From positions 30,194,001 to 30,258,000 of the forward strand of contig NC_043002.1 in assembly GCF_006345805.1 (NCBI RefSeq): DNA of 64,000 nt, in the 5' to 3' direction. The DNA comes from Octopus sinensis. Its lineage: Eukaryota. Shown here one piece after another: positions 56,699-64,000 of this stretch. Position 1 is the first letter of the stretch; each line of letters opens with the position of its first letter. The translations under genes were made by a program, and so were the position numbers. The notes under the pieces are model-generated. The model did not search any database. It was not told where the DNA came from and saw only the letters and a program-made list of their open reading frames with translations.

Positions 56699-58946
56699 TG
56701 TGTGAGCGTTTGTACATACAAAATTACACAGATAAATAAAAACACATATATACTCGTATTAAATTTTGATTGAATTAACCTGTCTATTCACTCTCCTACT
56801 GAGTTCTGTGTCAGTGAATGCTTACAATGGTTTCGAATTGTTTGACTAAAGCCTTCAAGGCGAGGCCCCAGCGTGGCCACGACCCAGTTACATATACATT
56901 TATAAGGCCAAGTGTAGCAATAATTAATACCTTCATATTACTTCAAGGTCATATTTACTTGTGGGACTCAAGTAGAGCGTAGTTTGTTGCTGAATTCAAT
57001 CTCGGTATTTGATTGGTCATTTGCCGTTGACACACTCAGCGGATAAGGCTTAGGGTAGCAAATTCCCAATAAATAAAAGCAAGTTTCGTTACCATCCTCA
57101 GCCCTTTTCTGGTTCCATAATACACGGTACATTTGATAGCAGCCTTAATTTCGATTTTTCTGTACTCACGAAGTAATGGTCTCTTATCCCCAACTATTTC
57201 CCATTCAATTCTCTTTCCCTCTGACTCTCTCTCTTTCCCCTTGTTTTCTCCGTGTTCATGTGTTTTAATGTGTTTTTGTTGGCAACTTTATTATGGAAAT
57301 GCATCTAATTTTATCCTCACTAATTTGAGATTATGTGATGTTCATTCCATTCTGAAGACAATATTGAGTTTGGGACTTTGTGTTCCATGTGTCTTGATAC
57401 TATTTACTATTTACACCCTCATAATTCCTATTAATAACTACTGTAGGATAAGACAACGAAAACATATATACATTGATCGTATACATACATATTTTGTAGA
57501 TATAGTACGTTGTGAATTGAACTGTTGCGCTAAGTATACACCACTCTCCGACGACTGTAAAATGGAAGCGCATTGGTTCTACACTGGAATACGAGAAAGC
57601 GATGCGAGGAGTGAGTGAGTGGTGAGAGAGAAAGAGAGAGTGCAGTGGGGGGAGGGATTATTTCTAGCTTGAGCAGTGGAGTGAAGCAGGTTTAAAACCT
57701 TAACTCCATCGTCAGATTTGACAGCTTGTTGATGAGGTAGTATCGAAACAATGGCTTGTCACTAATGCAACATCATAAAACTGTCTTGACAGAGCCAGTG
57801 GCTGATGACTACGACTGCGTCCTCGGTGGACGCTCTATGGTTTTATGGTTGACGTCAGTCTATGGAGGTGGAAAGGACGTGAATGTATTGCTTAATGAGT
57901 GGAAACGTCGCTGCACATGTTGGCTGTATACGTGCACAATTTAACATATGTTTGTACACTCACACGTACACACATTTATGGACACACACACTAATACATC
58001 GAGACAAACACATCTTGCACACATACACACAAAGTTGGTGGGGCAATGCTCTACATATTTTTTGGTCCCTCCTTTACATAGAATAGAAAGATTAATATCC
58101 GTGGTGTGGCTGCATGTTTAAATTTGAATTATTGGCGAGAATAATTAAGCAGAATTCATGGCCCCACAGAGTATTTCCATATGGATATATTGCAGGAGGA
58201 TGGGAGGTTGATAGACAAAGCTATATGGAATCTGTGGGGCATTAGAGTGAATGCAACGAATATATTTCGGTAGGAGTGGCATAGCTTTTAACAATTCAAG
58301 AATATAATGCTTCTCTGAAGAGGCGCATGTGCGCTACTAGGCTTTGGCGATTGGCCATCGTACATTCATTTGATTTACGTCCTAGCATGGGTTAGATCAG
58401 TACATTTTATTATGGCATTGTTCTAGAGTCGAGTGAATTTAACTGAGGATGTATTTCATCGTTAATCACGTGGTGATTTGCTGAAAACTAGTATATTTTG
58501 GGGAAAAGAAATTGCTCTGAAAATGAACAAGCACATCAGACAGACAGACAGACAGACACACAAATACACACAGACAAACACACAAATACACTTACATACA
58601 TACACACTCTCTCTCTCTCTCTCCATCTATCTGCCTGTCTATCAATCTGTCTATCTCTCTATCCCTCTCTCACTTTCTCACTCTCACTCTATCTCTACCC
58701 ATTTATCTCTGACTCAGATGTTAGTGGCGGTGGGAAAGATAATGATGAGGTTGATGCTCATACGGACAGCAATCATGAGCAGCATGATGATGGTGAGATG
58801 ATGAGGGGGGGGAGACGCAGAAGAGGGGGAGGGTGAATAATGGATAGATTTGGAAACAGAGAAGGATATGGAGATATTAAAATATGTGTGGGAAAGCAGA
58901 TGGAGAAAAATTAAATTCCTGTTTAAAAGACGAAATAACGAATAAA

Positions 58947-58999
<53 letters not shown>

Positions 59000-60217
59000 T
59001 ACACACACACATACACACACACAAAGGGAATAGAGAGAGGGGACAGCCATTTTTTTATTCTTGAATGAACACGTGCATATGTGAGTGCAATTATCCGCTC
59101 ACGCACATACACATGCATATAGCTTTACAGACACACATATATATATATAACGTTTGCACGACGCGTTTTTAAAATGCCCCACATTGCAGGATGAGTGCAC
59201 GTATATAAATTATTAAAAGCATTACAATCTCTGAAAACAAAGAAAAAGGCAAAAGAAATATGGGGGGAAAATCACAACAAACAAATTTAAACAATTAAAA
59301 CAAATATGAAGTAAAAATAAATAATAAAATAACATTGGTAACAACAAAGAAAAAATTGAAATATAATAGCGTAATAATAATGATGATAATAATAATAACA
59401 ATAATAATAATAACAATAACAATAATAATAATAATAAAACGAGAACCATAACAAATACATGAACGACAACAACAACAATAATATTAATATAATACTAATA
59501 AATCGAGCACCATAAGAAATACATCAATAACAACAATAGCGACGACAATAACAACAACAACAACAACAACATTACGGGAGATGAAATTTTCAACAAGCAT
59601 GAAATTTATTTTCTAAGCAAAGACAATTCAGCTGTCCTCTGTTATTTCCATGTGATTAAACATGGTGTAGGATGTTCCAAGAACAACGTCGAAGATGAAC
59701 AACAACAACAACAATATCTACAACAACATTTAAATAGTTATGGCTGAAATAAGTAAATGGATATTAGCGGTCCGGTAGTGGTATAGCCGGTGGCGGCGGC
59801 GACGACACTGGGTGGTTTAAGTTGCTAATAGTAGTTAGCTTAAATCAATCCATATACACCTACGTGTATATACGTAATACATGTGTCTGGAGCATATACA
59901 TGTGTGTATAACAGACATAGAGAGAGGGAAGAAGAGAAGGAGAGAGAGCGTATTTGTTCAAATTTGACAATATGACGATTAGGTTGCAAAACAGAAATTG
60001 TCGTAAGATGTGTAATTTGAGCCTGAAATACGATGAATAAATGATATTGTATTGCTGTTTAAAATATGCCATGAACAAGGAAATTCTGAGTAACTCCAGT
60101 AAAGCAATCGCCCAGCTTCGAACAAAATAAATATACCACTCCCTCACGTGTACTATATATTATATTACTCATGAATAACATCACGCGTACATAACGTATA
60201 TTTGCATCAATCTATCG

Positions 60218-60287
<70 letters not shown>

Positions 60288-60319
60288 CATATCTCTATCT
60301 ATCTATCTATCTATCTATC

Positions 60320-60351
<32 letters not shown>

Positions 60352-60469
60352 CAATGAGAGAAAGAGATTTATGCTTGAGTACCATATGAACACTCATAGA
60401 AGTTTGTAAATATAGCTATTTGTGAGCGGTCAAGTGTAATTTTATATATTTTTGATTGCTTGTTCTTTT

Positions 60470-60527
<58 letters not shown>

Positions 60528-61080
60528 AAGAAAGAAAGAGGCGGAGAGATAAAAACAGATAGGGAAAAAAGAGTGAACCTGAGTGTTTTGGATGAACGCC
60601 GTGTGCTCATATAGCTGATGGGAAGACTTTTCCGACGAGGGAATTCATCCATAGAAATTAGAGCAGCATGGATGTATCTGAAGGAGACTTGAATCAAACG
60701 CTCAGTCTTGTCTATAAATGGCTGACGTCATCACTGAAACGAGGCAGAAGTGGTTGGGAGCTGGGTGAAGTGGAGATAGCATAAGGCGAGGAGTCTTCAA
60801 TGGAAGTCGAGGAGTGGTGTTGATACACCTAGCAATTAACATAATCAGTAGATATGATATGCCGCCTTTTCTTTAATCGTTTGTTTGTTTTAATAACATC
60901 GATGTCGATGATTATAATAATAATGCTACGAATAATATTTAACGTCTCAGGTTCCACAATTGCTTTTTCAGGGTTCTGTTGAAGAATATGTGACTAAATG
61001 CTCTTAGTACGGTGTTTTGCCATTTTCATATGACCGTAATAACAATTATAGAGGTAATAAAGTAGAACCTTCTGTCCTTG

Positions 61081-61410
61081 CGTTGAATCCCACTGCGTGG
61101 CACCTTGGGACAATATCGAAGGTGCAAGTGTTTTGTACTATAGACCCCAACTGACCAAAGACTTGTGCATGGATTTGGTAGATGAAAACTTAAATAAATC
61201 CGTTGTGTGTGTGTGTGTGTGTGTGAAAGAGAGAGAGAGAGTTTTGTGTCTTTGCATCCCACCCATCCATCAGTGTTGGCTAGTTTACATCTCTGTAACC
61301 TAGCGATTCGGTAAATGAAGTCTATAGAATAGAGACCAGGCTTTAAAAACTCCTTCAAAATGGTGCCCCAGCATGGCTGCAATCCAATGACTGAAACAAC
61401 CAAAAGATGA
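61081..61410 (+). mobile_element. SINE family B, degenerate full length with internal (GT)/(GA) repeat
   Basis: gaatcccactgcgtggcaccttggg...gaccaaagacttgtgcatggatttggtag...ggtgccccagcatggctgc...gactgaaac. Confidence 0.8.
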
Positions 61411-62558
61411 AATGTGTTTGTGTGTGCATGCGTGCGTGCATGCATATTCACATCGATAAAAATAATCACAACAAAACCAGTGTCACTATGTTTGCAAGGC
61501 AAGTCTAATCGGCTTGGTTTAACAACTCAATGATAAAATTATCGATTATTTTAGTCTGATATTCGTACTGGAACTAGGTCTTCAAGTGGATAAATCAATT
61601 AAGGAAGCAACATCAGCAGTAATATTCTCATAGATCAATACAATATAGCAAAATCTATTTAAAAAAAAAGTGTTTCAACTGATCAGGCTCCATGAGAGAA
61701 AGAGAGAGAGAGGGGGAACGGGGAGAGAGACAGAAAGAAAGAAAGAAAGAAAGAGACGGACAGACAAAGAAATAGAGTGGGGATAATGTGTGGGGTGATG
61801 AAGCAGTAAAAGATTGTGTGATATGGTAAGTGCCAGGATAAAGTAGGCGGGGAATGAATAAAAGAAGAAAAATCGTAGCGAAAGTAATTAGAATACCGCG
61901 AAGAGAGAGAAAGAAAAAGAATTTTTCAAGACAAAATATATCGGCCGCCATATTTGTACACTACTTCTGATCTCCCCTCAGACTAATAAGGTGGTGGTGG
62001 TGGTGGTGGTGGTAAATTTTGTGAAGATAAGTGGTGTTAAATATATTGCTGCTGTTGATGATGGTGATAATGGTGATGATGAGGAAAATGGCAGTTGTAA
62101 TGGAGACACTGGCTTCACATTTCATTCACAGCCATAATACAAAAACTGATCTCTGGTTATTTTTATAAACTTTATTCAACAAGTCAAGGTTGAGTTTAGT
62201 CAGGGTCGACTGAACTTAGAAAGATACCGCCATTTTGAAGCCTATGCATTTGTGCGAGTGTGTATGAGTATATATGTATACATACTTATGCATATATGCA
62301 TGTGTTTGTTTGTGTGTGTGTGTGTATGTATGCAGTGCGGGACTACCGTTTGTGATGTTTGCAAAAATGCAACGTCATAATCTTTATTGCTGCACATGTT
62401 GCACACTATACGAAACCTAATAAATATATCTATAGGTACACGCCCGTCGTGTGTTTGGTGTATGCGTATGTGTGTGAAAACTGCATATACACAGACTTGT
62501 ACCTCTCTGCTAGATACATTATTATTATTGTTATTCTTCTTCTACTTCTTCTTCTTAC

Positions 62559-62590
<32 letters not shown>

Positions 62591-62591
<1 letters not shown>

Positions 62592-62806
62592 AGGCGGCGA
62601 GATGGCAGAATCGTTAGCCCGCTGGACGAAATGCTTAGCGGTATTTCGCCCGTCGCTAAGTTCTGAGTTCACATTCTGCCGAGGTCGACTTTACCTTTCA
62701 TCCTTTCGAGGTCGATAGATTAAGTACCAGTGAAACACTGGGTTCGATGTAAATCGATTAGTCCCCTTTCCTCAAATTTCAGACCTTGTGCCTATAGTAG
62801 AAAGGA
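62591..62806 (+). mobile_element. SINE family A, full length (tail type 2), (TTA)n tail to ~62905
   Basis: aaggcggcgagatggcagaatcgttagc...gaggtcgactttacctttcatcctttcgaggtcgat...ccttgtgcctatagtagaaaggatt. Confidence 0.92.
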
Positions 62807-62825
62807 TTATTATTATTATTATTAC

Positions 62826-62873
<48 letters not shown>

Positions 62874-62906
62874 CATTATTATTATTATTATTATCATTAT
62901 TACTAC

Positions 62907-63118
62907 GATGGCGAGCTGGCATTGTCTTTAGCACGCCGGGCGAAATACTTAACGGTATTTCGTCTGTTGCTACGTTCTGAGTTCAAATTCCGCCGCGGTT
63001 GACTTTGCCTTTCATCCTTTCGGGGGTCAATAAATTAACAGCCAGTAAAATACTGGGTTCGATGTGATCGACTCATCCACTTCCCCAATATGGCTGCCCT
63101 TGTGGCAAAATTTGACAC

Positions 63119-63121
<3 letters not shown>
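62907..63121 (+). mobile_element. SINE family A, full length (tail type 3), (TTA)n tail to ~63180
   Basis: ggcgagctggc...gcacgccgggcgaaat...gagttcaaattccgccg...gcctttcatcctttcgggggtc...gcccttgtggcaaaatttgacaccattatt. Confidence 0.92.
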
Positions 63122-63161
<40 letters not shown>

Positions 63162-63217
63162 GTTGTTGTTATTATTGTTATTAATATTTTTAGTTAAAAT
63201 TTCATATTTATAAATTT

Positions 63218-63251
63218 CCTAATTTTGTTTTGTTTTCTATTTTTTCTGTAG
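63218..63251 (+). promoter_or_regulatory. 3' splice site of the spalt-like exon (branch point, polypyrimidine tract, TAG)
   Basis: CCTAAT at 63218-63223 (candidate branch A 63222), then TTTGTTTTGTTTTCTATTTTTTCTGTAG ending at 63251. Confidence 0.8.
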
Positions 63252-64000
63252 GTCAGTCTGCTTCGTCTCCCAAGCGGGCCAGTGGTGATGCCCATGTTTG
63301 TGGCAAATGCAAGGAAGAATTTCTCGATTTGGCAGAATTTCTTGCTCACAAAAAATCCTGCACACATCTTCCACAGCAACAAACAGAACAGCAGGATGAT
63401 GTTTGTTCTTCTGAAGTAGATCCAGATGGCGACTTTCAAACACAATCCCCTTACACACTTGCTCTTCATGAATCCGAAAGTTTTACAAATCCAACGGAAG
63501 TAGCCCTTAAAAGTATCACGGACTCAATAGACGCTACGTCCTCTGCTCCTTTTTTTCTACAGCTCAATCTCGATGGTAAAATAAATCACAGAGACGCTGA
63601 TGATATCGTTGATGAAGAGATGGATGATGTTGACGATGATGACGATGACGGTGGCGATGATGTTGATGAGGACGATGTTGACGAAGGCGGCGGTGACGGT
63701 GGAGGAGGAGGAGATGGTGGCGGCGACGGTGGAGGTGGTGGCGGTGGCGGTGGTGGAGGCGGCGGCGGCGGCGGCGAAGACGACGATATCATCGATGATG
63801 AAGATGACGAAGACGTTATGAATGACGACGATGACGATGAAAATGTCATCGACAACAGCAACAACCCCAACAACAGCGAAAGTGAGAACAACCTCATCAA
63901 CAGCAGCAACAACAATGACAACGACGCCGACGACGATATCGACGACGGCGATCACAACCTTGTCAGCAGCAATTCTAACAACAACAACAACAACAACAGC
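63252..64000 (+). CDS. sal: Internal coding exon (probably exon 2, runs off the window) of a Spalt/SALL-family zinc-finger transcription factor
   Basis: Follows a pyrimidine tract ending TTTTTCTGTAG (AG at 63250-63251). Phase-1 start, then 249 codons with no stop to the window end: (x)QSASSPKRASGDAHVCGKCKEEFLDLAEFLAHKKSCTHLPQQQTEQQ... The C-x2-C-x12-H-x3-C finger (63299-63361) closely resembles human SALL1 as recalled ([25 protein letters not shown]), and the phase-1 intron before it fits SALL gene structure as I recall it. The double C2H2 fingers are outside the window, so orthology is not proven. Confidence 0.85.

Noticed and set aside
57733-57742. TGAGGTAGTA, identical to the first 10 nt of let-7
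   Set aside because: The rest of the mature let-7 sequence and a complementary arm are missing.
58315-58340. CTGAAGA-G-GCGCA(TG)TGCGC, resembling half a hammerhead
   Set aside because: No GAAA core follows stem II and no stem I is evident.
57850-60730. Two perfect CRE palindromes (TGACGTCA at 57850 and 60723), one next to TATAAA
   Set aside because: Roughly 0.5-1 such 8-mers are expected by chance in 64 kb, and the CRE lies downstream of the TATA-like box.
63541-63562. Strong-looking acceptor (CCTTTTTTTCTACAG) inside the exon
   Set aside because: It is phase 0 relative to the reading frame, so incompatible with the phase-1 upstream exon, and the in-phase donors (GTAGAT 63416, GTAGCC 63500) are weak. 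An exitron cannot be supported without reads.
63557-63955. Minus-strand and alternative-frame ORFs (63557-63955, 63586-63921, 63600-63821, 63194-63469)
   Set aside because: Shadows of the codon repeats in the spalt-like exon.

Overview
AT-rich, microsatellite-saturated eukaryotic genomic DNA with no prokaryotic features. The SINE families and repeat landscape match my recollection of octopod cephalopod (Octopus) genomes; this taxon call is an inference. The only credible host coding sequence is at the 3' edge and is missing from the ORF track: a + strand exon (63252 to beyond 64000) encoding DAHVCGKCKEEFLDLAEFLAHKKSC. This is the N-terminal C2HC zinc finger typical of Spalt/SALL transcription factors, and it is followed by an Asp/Gly/Asn low-complexity tract. 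I found no MSRRKQ-type first exon, so the first 63 kb is probably part of a very long first intron or regulatory desert. That region holds about 25 copies or fragments of tRNA-derived SINEs, a decayed RTE LINE 3' end, a foldback element, a ~530 bp tandem duplication and many simple repeats. Best leads: (1) a two-copy repeat carrying a variant minimal hammerhead-ribozyme fold of the Penelope-associated dimer type; (2) a SINE with a Deu/Nin-like core and interchangeable 3' tails; (3) apparent YY1/Pho motif enrichment plus nuclear-receptor and Hox/TALE motif clusters; (4) AG|GT recursive-splice-like sites; (5) several dsRNA-forming hairpins. Repeat boundaries were placed by eye (about +/-10-20 bp). 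Nearly all ORFs in the supplied track are microsatellite artefacts.
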